Positions 30,115 through 38,686 of a stretch of 64,000 nucleotides of DNA are shown here, piece by piece. The DNA is from an uncultured Candidatus Binatia bacterium. Its GTDB lineage: Bacteria > Desulfobacterota > Binatia > UBA9968 > JAJDTQ01. Location: positions 2,944,001 through 3,008,000 of the forward strand of contig OZ219754.1 in NCBI GenBank assembly GCA_964291295.2, read 5' to 3'. The notes below the pieces were generated by a model. It saw only the letters and a list, made by a program, of their open reading frames with translations. It ran no database searches and was not told where the DNA came from. Every line of letters starts with the position of its first letter. The first letter of the stretch is position 1. The position numbers and the translations under genes were made by a program.

Positions 30115-33100
30115 TCAGGGAACGACGGTCTCCGCCATCTCCCGGTAACGGCAGAATGCGTTCGCCAGCCGCATTTGCCGGGGGGTTCGACATTCCGGCT
30201 CGAACAGCGCCGGGTTTGCCAACAGAACGCTGACGCAGCGGGCACGTGAAGTTGCCACATTGAGACGGTTGAGGCTGTAGAGAAACTCCATTCCATGCGG
30301 TGCGTCCCTCGGCGCGGAGGTTGCCATCGAATAGATGACGAGAGGCGCCTCCTGGCCTTGAAACTTGTCCACGGTGCCGATGCGGGCTCCGGGCAACCGC
30401 TCCCGCAGTGCAAAGACCTGCGCGTTGCAAGGTGCGATGATCCGTATGTCTTCCAGTCCCAAAGCACGTTCGTCGCCGTTCCTGTCAAGCCATGTCGCAC
30501 GCTCCTCCATCAGTGTTCTTACAAGGGTGCGAACCCTGTCCGCTTCTTCAGGTGACGCGGTCTGGTTGCCGTCATGAGCGACCGGCAGCCAGCGCAGCCC
30601 GCTGCCCTGGACGAGGCCGCCGGAGAGGATGCGCTGGTTTTCGAGGCCGGGTCGGGAATGCAACCGACCCTCGTAGAACACCTCACTCGTGAATGCGCAT
30701 ATGTCCGGATGCAGTCTCCATGTCTGTTCCAGAAACAGCCCACGATCGGCCTCGATGGTCGGCCGCCCGCCCAGCAGATGATCCAGGGCCGAGACGGCCG
30801 TGCCGTCGGGATGGCCGCCTTGTATCGGCTGTTCCAGTTGCTGCGGATCACCGACAAGCACGAGTGCGGCCGCGGCCAGGGAAACGGCAAGCACGTTGGC
30901 CAGCGACATCTGCGCCGCTTCGTCCACGAACAACACGTCGACCGTGTTGCGAGCTTCGCGACGCGCCCAGAGCCATGCCGTGCCGCCCGCGACCTGGCAG
31001 TCCCTCCGCAACGCCCTGAAGACCTCCCCGTTCGTGGTCACAAAGCGCAAGCGATCCAGATCCGGTTCTCTTGCAGGCGATTTTTGTACCGCTGTCAGAT
31101 CCGTTCCGCTCTCTTCGGCCGCCCTCACCACTTCGTCGAGCAGATTGCGAATGACCTTGTGGCTGTTCGCCGTAATGCCGACTCTGGCACCCGCGCCGAC
31201 CAGAGCACAAATCATCCGCGCGCCCGTGAAGGTCTTGCCGGCACCCGGAGGCCCCTGGATCGGCAGCACGCCGCCTTCGAGAAGCGGCGCGATTCGCAGG
31301 GCTGCGTCGACGGTCGATTCTCCGTCACGTTGCAGAGCGGCACCGCCGATACGCGGCCGCCGCCTCAGCAACAGGTCGCGCGCCACCTGCCGGCCCTTGC
31401 CGCCTTCAATACCGTTCGCCGCGACATGCTCCCCGATGCCGGCGAGCGACTCCGCGAGGACCCTGGCCTTCACCACCTCGTGGGAAAAAACCGCGGCTGG
31501 ATGCCGGTCTGTACGGTCTGCACGCTTGCTGATGTCAACGGTGCGGTCCTCGACAGATATCGCCTCCAACGTGCCGATTTCCTCCCCGCCTGCGCTCATC
31601 AGCCTTTTGCCGCCGCGCAGATCGGTTTCCTGTGCGGGGAAGCGATAGCGATGCACCGGCGCCTTCCGAGTACCCCCGACCGCCTTCACAAACTCGAGGT
31701 CGGCGACGGCGCGGCGCTCGTCGATCAGGTCGTCCGCGGACAGATCGCTCAAACGGAAATATTCCCACCAGACGGATTTGTCCTCGCGCCGGTGCCAATC
31801 CGCGATGTTCGCCAACAGCCACCGTGCCTGCTGCCCGGCGGTCCGGTTGCCGGCATCCACCGGCACGTCTCCGGTCAGCCGTTCCGTCAGAGCGTTCAAG
31901 CGTTCCTGCCAGGCGCTGATGGCTGCGCTGGGATCGCCGTTCCCGGACCCGGGCCTCGCTATCCGAACCCCGGACCGGATCTGTTGGTTCCGCACGCTTT
32001 CGAGCCAGTCGCGCAGGCCGAGCGTCGAAAGACAGTCGTCGCGGTTGTAGTCCTGCACAACCCTTCGGCTCTCGCCGGTCAAGCCCCCGACATCGGCAAA
32101 CTCCAGGCAAGCCTGGACGTGCGCCAGCGCGCGGTTGGCTTCAGGCAGAGCGATGCCGCGCCTGAATTCGTGAAACCGCTCGAGTTCCTTGAGCGAGTAA
32201 CTTTCCACGCTGGCGCGAATGCCGCCGCGCACGACGCTGTGGAGATCCACCAGCAAACCCGCGCGAAGCATCCGGTCGATCTCTTCCTCCCGCGTGGCGT
32301 ATCGGCCCATCAGACGCTTGAGCGCAGCCGGCTCATACGGAGCGAAGTGATAGACATGCATGTCCGGATAACGCTGCCAGCGCGCGATGATGCCGTCGAC
32401 GAACTCCTCGAAGGCAATCTTCTCCTCCTCGCGAGTGAGCGACCACCGAGCCGTATAGTGCGCGGTGCCCTGTTCGCCCAACGCAACATGACCGAACAGA
32501 TATTCGAGACCGCCCTCGCCAACGTAGGGATCTCCTTCCAGGTCGAAGAAGAGATCCCCGGCTGACGGTTCCGGCAACCGTGCCAGGCCATGTCCCGCCA
32601 AGGGCTCGAGCGGCTCGTAAACGGGCATCCCCTCTTCGCGGGCGGCGACCTGTACCCGGGCCTGCTCGCGGATTCGCTCGTACGTATGGACCGCACCGCG
32701 CTCCGGCTTCCACGTCAGCGGCAGCGGTTCGGCGGCAAGCGCCGTCACCGTGGTGATATCGCGCCGTCTCAACTCCCCGATCTGGAGACCGGACGTTCCG
32801 GCAACGAGGGACAGATGGTCGTCGGCACGGCGGCGGGCATCGCAGACCCGCCGCCAGCGGCAGACTTCACAGTGCTGTCTGGGATCCGGACAGGTTTGCA
32901 CACCCGCATCATCGACCACGGCCGCTTCCAGACTTCGTTTCACGAGCCGGTAATAGGCCAAGTAGTCGTTCGACCGAAAAACCTGCGGCTCGAAGTCCGA
33001 CCCCACGACATGCATGAACTCCGGGACCAGGCCCTGCACTTTCGCGACAAGATCCGTATAGAGACAGAGTTGCAGAACACTCCCGCCTTTGGTTTCCCGC

Positions 33101-33510
33101 GCGAGCTTGGTGTCCATCACTTCGTAGGACCATTCGCCAAGGTCGCTCGGCGTATCCACACGCCTCAGGATGTCTGCTCGACCGCCCCACCGCCCGTCCA
33201 GCAGAACGCCCCGGCAGATGACCTCCGCGCCGGCGCTCATGGCGTCCAGGGTCTCCCTGGCCTGCTTCTCTTCCAGCCCTGCACCCTCGATCCGCACGAT
33301 CTCGCGACCCACCCCTTCGAGATGGTCGCGAAAAGCCTGTTCATGCAGGTCGCCCCGCCTGCGGAGAATTTCGAGCAGCCGGTCCCGACGCTCTGGCTTC
33401 GAGCGGGCGCCTCTCGCAACCTCGATGTTCAGTTGGGTGAGGTGATTGCAACTCAAGTGGCCCGCCAGGTCGGTGGCACTCAAGTGGAGGATTCCCTTGT
33501 TGTCCCACAT
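30115..33510 (-). CDS. TM0106-family RecB-like nuclease, RNase H-like domain and UPF1-like SF1 helicase
   Basis: LSATDL..HLSC.H; GRADIL..YEVMDTKL; CEVCRWRRVC; FFDLEG..YNRDD; GPPGAGKT, DEAAQ, VGDPQQL, GTVDKFQGQE, RLNVATSRAR. Confidence 0.92.
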   Translation of the reverse strand: MWDNKGILHLSATDLAGHLSCNHLTQLNIEVARGARSKPERRDRLLEILRRRGDLHEQAFRDHLEGVGREIVRIEGAGLEEKQARETLDAMSAGAEVICRGVLLDGRWGGRADILRRVDTPSDLGEWSYEVMDTKLARETKGGSVLQLCLYTDLVAKVQGLVPEFMHVVGSDFEPQVFRSNDYLAYYRLVKRSLEAAVVDDAGVQTCPDPRQHCEVCRWRRVCDARRRADDHLSLVAGTSGLQIGELRRRDITTVTALAAEPLPLTWKPERGAVHTYERIREQARVQVAAREEGMPVYEPLEPLAGHGLARLPEPSAGDLFFDLEGDPYVGEGGLEYLFGHVALGEQGTAHYTARWSLTREEEKIAFEEFVDGIIARWQRYPDMHVYHFAPYEPAALKRLMGRYATREEEIDRMLRAGLLVDLHSVVRGGIRASVESYSLKELERFHEFRRGIALPEANRALAHVQACLEFADVGGLTGESRRVVQDYNRDDCLSTLGLRDWLESVRNQQIRSGVRIARPGSGNGDPSAAISAWQERLNALTERLTGDVPVDAGNRTAGQQARWLLANIADWHRREDKSVWWEYFRLSDLSADDLIDERRAVADLEFVKAVGGTRKAPVHRYRFPAQETDLRGGKRLMSAGGEEIGTLEAISVEDRTVDISKRADRTDRHPAAVFSHEVVKARVLAESLAGIGEHVAANGIEGGKGRQVARDLLLRRRPRIGGAALQRDGESTVDAALRIAPLLEGGVLPIQGPPGAGKTFTGARMICALVGAGARVGITANSHKVIRNLLDEVVRAAEESGTDLTAVQKSPAREPDLDRLRFVTTNGEVFRALRRDCQVAGGTAWLWARREARNTVDVLFVDEAAQMSLANVLAVSLAAAALVLVGDPQQLEQPIQGGHPDGTAVSALDHLLGGRPTIEADRGLFLEQTWRLHPDICAFTSEVFYEGRLHSRPGLENQRILSGGLVQGSGLRWLPVAHDGNQTASPEEADRVRTLVRTLMEERATWLDRNGDERALGLEDIRIIAPCNAQVFALRERLPGARIGTVDKFQGQEAPLVIYSMATSAPRDAPHGMEFLYSLNRLNVATSRARCVSVLLANPALFEPECRTPRQMRLANAFCRYREMAETVVP

Positions 33511-33665
33511 CAAGCGATTTCTCTTTCTCAATCCCCATGTCACCGCGGGTGCGAAACAGGGCGCATGGCAGGATGCATGGCACATGGCCTGAACCCGGGG
33601 ACAGCCACTCCGGGATCGGACCCGTCACCGGAGCCGCCCTGTTACGCAGTCGCGCGAAAGACAGC

Positions 33666-33815
33666 CTACCGCTTGCGACGGCGGTTGGGCCTCTGGGCCA
33701 GCGCCGAAGCGGCGGCAGTCTTTGCGGCCTTGCTGGACAGTGGGTTCCGCAGGACCTTGGAAGCGGCCGACGCGGCCTTCCTGCTGGCGACTTCGGTGTT
33801 TCTCTTGCGTTTCAT
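33666..33815 (-). CDS. 49-aa K/R/A/S-rich small protein (below ORF-track cutoff)
   Basis: MKRKRNTEVASRKAASAASKVLRNPLSSKAAKTAAASALAQRPNRRRKR*; SD-like AAAGGA upstream; co-oriented with TM0106 gene. Confidence 0.75.
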   Translation of the reverse strand: MKRKRNTEVASRKAASAASKVLRNPLSSKAAKTAAASALAQRPNRRRKR

Positions 33816-33821
33816 GGCAAG

Positions 33822-33925
33822 GAGTTCCTTTCAAGAGTTCCTTTCAAGGTTGAGCTTGACCGGACCACGCCGGTCAGATAAGTAGATACACGTATTTGGC
33901 GCCATGTCAATATGCTTTATTGACA
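33822..33925. promoter_or_regulatory. Divergent promoter region with two palindromes and a 13-bp duplication
   Basis: TGTCAATA-N5-TATTGACA (33905-33925, TTGACA on both strands); TGACCGG-N6-CCGGTCA (33857-33876); GAGTTCCTTTCAA x2 (33822-33847). Confidence 0.7.
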
Positions 33926-33958
33926 GAATAAATCTTCTCTACGGACCGGAGAGCGAGT

Positions 33959-34861
33959 GTGATACAGGAACCTGACACCGGGAATGCGGGAGGCGAGGCC
34001 CGCCAGGCACTGAGGTGGGGCATTGAACAACGGCTCGAGTTCATCGATTTCCGCCTCTTTTGGGACGGCCGCATAAACCGTGGCGACATCACCGAAAAGT
34101 TCGGAATTTCCATTCCCCAAGCGTCAGCCGATCTCGCACGGTACCGGGAGATGGCGCCGGACAACCTCCGCTATGACCTGAGCCTCAAGTGCTATCTGGC
34201 AACGCAGGAGTACCGGCCGGTTTTCGAGGTCGAAGACGCAGGCCAGTATCTGGCACAACTGAAGTCTCTCGGGAGCGGCACGACGGCACGGGAAGAGACC
34301 TGGCTGGCCGAAACGCCCGAGTTCCGGATCGTGCCGACCCCAGGGAGGAATGTGGACAGTCGGAGCCTGAGGGCGGTCTTGCGCGGCATTCGAGATGGCC
34401 TCGCGTTCCACATTCGATATCAGTCGATGTCAAGACCGGAACCGCACTGGCGTTGGATCACGCCGCACGCGCTGGGTTTCGACGGCTTCCGGTGGCATGT
34501 GCGGGCCTTGTGCCACAACGATGATACCTTCAAGGATTTCGTGTTCGCCCGAATTTACGAAATCGGGGAATCCCGGCCCCATGCCATGGATTCAAGGGCC
34601 GACAAAGCTTGGTTCGATTCGGTGACAGTGATAGTCTCTCCCAACCCCGGTCTCTCGGAAAGCCAGTCGAACGCAGTCAAGATCGACTATGGCATGCCGG
34701 AAGGAGTACGGGCGATTACCCTCTCAGGTGCTCTCCTCTACTATTTCCTGAAGCACATGGGACTCCTTGTGGATGCGCAACGACCGCAGGACCAGCAGAT
34801 CGTGCTCGTGAATAAGGCAGAAGTGATGGCAGCGTTGAATCGATCGTGGGGAACGCGGTGA
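33959..34861 (+). CDS. CapW-like WYL-domain transcriptional regulator
   Basis: LRWGIEQRLEFIDFRLFWDGRINR.D...FGISIPQASADL..Y; YQSMS..RWITPHALGFDGFRWHVRA; FKDF..ARI. Confidence 0.9.
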   Translation: MIQEPDTGNAGGEARQALRWGIEQRLEFIDFRLFWDGRINRGDITEKFGISIPQASADLARYREMAPDNLRYDLSLKCYLATQEYRPVFEVEDAGQYLAQLKSLGSGTTAREETWLAETPEFRIVPTPGRNVDSRSLRAVLRGIRDGLAFHIRYQSMSRPEPHWRWITPHALGFDGFRWHVRALCHNDDTFKDFVFARIYEIGESRPHAMDSRADKAWFDSVTVIVSPNPGLSESQSNAVKIDYGMPEGVRAITLSGALLYYFLKHMGLLVDAQRPQDQQIVLVNKAEVMAALNRSWGTR

Positions 34862-35075
34862 CCTGATATCCCGTGCCAGGAGTCTGCGCCGCGGAACAGG
34901 ATGAAAAGAGAAGGCGGGATGGCTTTGAAGGGGATGGATTGCGCAAGGAGACGAGAACATGATGATGGAAGGCAGAGTTGGATGCCGACGACGTTTCGTT
35001 CCTTCCGCATGAGCCGGCAATGATGGTGAAGGTACTGGCTTACATGATGCTCCGGCGCCGCGGGTGGAGAGATCA

Positions 35076-36638
35076 ATGACCCGACGCCGTCTTCCGATCG
35101 GAATCCAGGACTTCCGCACGATCCGGAGCGAGAACTTCCACTATGTCGACAAGACCTGCCTCATCCGGCAACTGGTGTATGAGGGGCGCCACTATTTCCT
35201 GTCCCGGCCACGCCGGTTCGGCAAGAGCCTGCTGCTCGACACGCTGCGGTCGCTGTTTGCCTGTCACGAACCCCTGTTCCGGGGACTGGACATCCACCCT
35301 CATTGGGACTGGTCCTCGCCGCATCCGGTGGTGCGGCTGAGCTTCGACGGGAAATACAATGAACCCGGGGATATCGAGCGCAACATCCTGACCCAACTCG
35401 AATTGATCGAACGCGATGCCGGTCTCCCGCCCGCTTCCTGCAGGACCGGGCCCGAACGCCTTCTCGATCTTCTCCATCGACTCCACGCCGCCGCCGGGCG
35501 GCCGGTGGCAGTGCTGGTGGACGAGTATGACAAGCCCATCCTCGACGTGCTCCACGACCCGGAGCTCGCGGCGGCCAACCGGGACTACCTGCGCGGCTTC
35601 TACGGCATCGTCAAGGGCAGCGCCGCACATGTCCGCTTCGTCTTCGTCACCGGTGTCAGCATGTTCTCCAAGGTCAGCCTGTTCTCGGGGCTCAACAATC
35701 TGAAGGACATCAGCCTTGATCCGCGCTACGCCACCATCTGCGGCTACCGGGACGAGGATCTGGATCGGGTCTTCGGCGCCGAGATGGCCGGGCTGGACCG
35801 CGATGCAATCCGCACCTGGTACGACGGCTATCACTGGCGGGGCGGGGAGCGGGTCTACAATCCCTACGACGTGCTTCTGCTGCTCGACAGCCGCGAGTTC
35901 CGTCCGTACTGGTTCGAGACCGGCTCTCCGAACTTCCTGTTCCGGATGCTGATGGAGAAGTCCGTGAGCCCGATGGAACTGGAGGGCCGGCTGGCGGACA
36001 TGTCGTTGATCTCCAAGTTCGATGTGGGCGATATCGACATCGAGGCGCTGCTCTTCCAGACCGGCTGTCTGACCATTGCGGAGGAAGAGAGGCTGGGCCA
36101 CCGGACCCTGTACCGGCTGGACTATCCCAATCTGGAGGTTCGGCTGAGCTTGAACGACGAGTTGCTTGCCTGGCTGGGCAAGAAGGGGGCCGAGCCGCTG
36201 GAGCGGGGCCGGGAGTTCTGCGCGCTGCTGGAGGCCGGCGACTTCACGGGCTTCGGCGAGAGGCTCCGCGCCTGGCTGGCGGGGATCCCCTACCAGTGGC
36301 ATGCCAAGGGCGATCTGGCGCGCTACGAGGCCTGGTACGCGAGCCTTCTCTACATGTGCCTGCGCTCCATCGGAGCGGACCTCCGGGTGGAAGAGGCCTC
36401 GCATCATGGCCGCGCGGACACGGTGTTGCTTCTCGGCGGGCAGGTCTTCGTGCTGGAGTTCAAGATGGCCGAAGGCGAAGATGACAGCGCTGCCGCACTG
36501 GATGCGGCGCTCGCGCAGATGCGCGAGCGGGGCTACGCGGAGAAGTACCGCGACCACGACGGACCGGTCCATTTGATCGGCGTGGCTTGCGGGCGCGAGG
36601 CGCGGAACCTTCTCGAAGTCCGCGCCGAGCCCGCATGA
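35076..36638 (+). CDS. AAA-ATPase-like protein with C-terminal PD-(D/E)xK nuclease (PDDEXK_9 type)
   Basis: LPIGIQDF..YVDKT, SRPRRFGKS, LVDEYDKP, FSGLNN, GRAD...LEFK, QMRERGYAEKY. Confidence 0.92.
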   Translation: MTRRRLPIGIQDFRTIRSENFHYVDKTCLIRQLVYEGRHYFLSRPRRFGKSLLLDTLRSLFACHEPLFRGLDIHPHWDWSSPHPVVRLSFDGKYNEPGDIERNILTQLELIERDAGLPPASCRTGPERLLDLLHRLHAAAGRPVAVLVDEYDKPILDVLHDPELAAANRDYLRGFYGIVKGSAAHVRFVFVTGVSMFSKVSLFSGLNNLKDISLDPRYATICGYRDEDLDRVFGAEMAGLDRDAIRTWYDGYHWRGGERVYNPYDVLLLLDSREFRPYWFETGSPNFLFRMLMEKSVSPMELEGRLADMSLISKFDVGDIDIEALLFQTGCLTIAEEERLGHRTLYRLDYPNLEVRLSLNDELLAWLGKKGAEPLERGREFCALLEAGDFTGFGERLRAWLAGIPYQWHAKGDLARYEAWYASLLYMCLRSIGADLRVEEASHHGRADTVLLLGGQVFVLEFKMAEGEDDSAAALDAALAQMRERGYAEKYRDHDGPVHLIGVACGREARNLLEVRAEPA

Positions 36639-36810
36639 GCCGAACCCGCCAACGCCGGACACCACGACACCGCCGAATCCCTGCCGGAATGCCAACCTCG
36701 GCACCCGGTTCGCCGAACCGTGCGGTCAGGTGAAGAACAGAAAGGACAGTATCCCGGGCGTCGAGCCGGATGCGCTGCGCATGAATGACGGCCACGGCAG
36801 AACGCCGGGA

Positions 36811-36863
36811 TGCCTTGACATGCCTTGACATGCCTTGACATGCGCCATAGGGCATATTACGGT
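36811..36863 (+). promoter_or_regulatory. higBA promoter with triplicated -35 repeat
   Basis: TGCCTTGACA x3 (36811-36840); last TTGACA is 17 bp from TACGGT; ATG 6 nt later. Confidence 0.65.
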
Positions 36864-36868
36864 CCGCC

Positions 36869-37147
36869 ATGATACGGAGTTTCAGGAGCCGGGCGCTGCG
36901 GCGCTTCATGGAGAGCGGCGATGCGCGGCGCATCCACCCGGAGCACCGAGAGACCGTGCGCGACATCCTGGTGCGTCTCAATGCGTCCGCGGCCCCGGAC
37001 GACATGGCCCTGTCGGGGTTTCGACTGCACCCGCTCAAGGGCATGTATGCCGGCTTCTGGGCGGTGACGGTGCGCGCCAACTGGCGGGTGATCTTCCGGT
37101 TCGAGGACGGCCACACCGCCGATGTCGACTATCTGGACTACCATCAG
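36869..37147 (+). CDS. higB: HigB-family toxin (plasmid maintenance killer); expected stop is CAG, ORF reads on to 37888
   Basis: [45 protein letters not shown] then CAG. Confidence 0.85.
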
Positions 37148-37160
37148 GGAGGCAAGGCCC

Positions 37161-37448
37161 ATGCTGATGCACGATCCGCCCCACCCGGGCGCCTTCATCC
37201 GGCGCCAGTGCCTCGAACCCCTCGGCCTGACGGTGACCGAGGCTGCGAAGGGGCTCGCGGTCTCGCGCAACACGCTCTCGCTTCTGCTCAACGGCCGCCT
37301 CGGCATCTCGCCGGAGATGGCGATCCGGCTGTCGGAGGCCTTCGGCGGAAGCCCCGAAAGCTGGTTGACCCAGCAGATGCAGTACGACCTCTGGCATGCA
37401 CAGCAGAGCCGCAACCCGGTCGAGGTTCGCAAATTTGCGGCGACATGA
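37161..37448 (+). CDS. higA: HigA-family antitoxin (XRE HTH)
   Basis: [52 protein letters not shown]; SD GGAGG. Confidence 0.93.
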   Translation: MLMHDPPHPGAFIRRQCLEPLGLTVTEAAKGLAVSRNTLSLLLNGRLGISPEMAIRLSEAFGGSPESWLTQQMQYDLWHAQQSRNPVEVRKFAAT

Positions 37449-37559
37449 CCGGCGCGCCGCCCTGGACCTGCTCCAGTACCTCGTCGTCCGCGCCAAGGTC
37501 TTCGCCGAGTTGTTGCAGAACAGCCGCCGCGCCCGCGTCCACAGGATCCGTATTGCCGT

Positions 37560-37933
37560 TGAACACTCCGCTCCGCGCCGAAGAGATCCGTTCATCACCG
37601 TGCTCTCTTGCCAACTCGTCCAGGCCATCCGCACTCGCCTGCGTCAGGCACACGAGAACGCCAGCTGGACCACGCTGCGCCGCGTCGTCCAAGGACAGCA
37701 GGCATCACCGGCACATGCCGGCTCACCACCACGTGCCGGCGGGCGCACCCTGCACATGCGCAGGGCGACCCGAGCCGAACCCACCCGGCAGGCCGTCTAC
37801 AAAGCCGTGGACATCAATCCCGTTCCCGGAGGAACCCGCGCGCAGTCAATCCTCATGTAGTGCCACTCGCCGCTTTTGCCCACCATAACCATATGATATG
37901 AAAAGAAATTGTACAGAGGCTGGTAAAGTTGGG
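37560..37933 (+). mobile_element. IS1634-like transposase C-terminal relic with right end
   Basis: FITVLSCQLVQAIRTRLRQ..ASWTTLRR..GQQ..GRTLHMRRATRAEP...; followed by GTAGTGCCAC and AAAGTTGGG end-like sequence. Confidence 0.6.
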
Positions 37934-38136
37934 CTACGCTCCGCCGAACGTCCAGCCTGGCGAAGCAGTCGTCAATACACCAACATTCGAAGCGGATCCG
38001 TCACCGGGGGAGATCAGGCCCGGCATCGGGGCAGCGCGTCCTTGTCCGGGCGGGAAGCATGCCGCGCGGGCTCCAGGCGACGGAGACGCTCTGAACGGAC
38101 CGGCCGCCACGGGATGCGGCGGCAGTGGAGGGGAAC

Positions 38137-38418
38137 ATGGACGAACGGGATGCGCCGCAGCCGGCATCGTCGGAGGAGGAAGACCGGATCGCCGAGACAC
38201 CAGCGGTCTTCGTCAACAAGGTCTTCGTTTCTCCCATGGCGGACGGCGCGAAGATCACATTTGCCGAGACACGCCGGGCGTCCGGCGAGGACCCAGCGTC
38301 ACCGCGGGTGGCGGTGTTCCTGCAACACGCCGACCTCGCTGCGCTCCGTCGCCTGCTCGACTGGACGGCGCAGGACAGCGAAACGCCGCCGGAGCGCTTC
38401 GGCGGGTCGATGCATTAG
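38137..38418 (+). CDS. Small hypothetical protein (DUF3467-like)
   Basis: PAVFVNKVFV...KITFAE...RVAVFL...L..LL pattern; SD GGAGGGG. Confidence 0.55.
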   Translation: MDERDAPQPASSEEEDRIAETPAVFVNKVFVSPMADGAKITFAETRRASGEDPASPRVAVFLQHADLAALRRLLDWTAQDSETPPERFGGSMH

Positions 38419-38686
38419 GGTCCATGCGTTGCGCCTGCCGACACCCCATATGGTCAGGGTTCGATGCGGGACACACGCGACGGGCGCGCGGGGCAGCGCC
38501 ATTTCCTCGGCCGTGAAGTCGCGCCCGTAATGGCGGCGCTCGACCGCGCCGGGTCGGCGCCGCTATCGCGCACCGATGCGGCGGCGGGTCGTGGGGACGA
38601 CCCTGAAACAGACGGAAATCCGGCTTGCGGTTCCTCAGAATCTTGGCGCGGGATGATCCTGCTTCACCCGTGCTCCGGCGTCCGCA

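Noticed and set aside
34959-35012. Tiny ORF MMMEGRVGCRRRFVPSA with SD between the WYL and AAA genes
   Set aside because: Too short and no recognisable features; may be a relic
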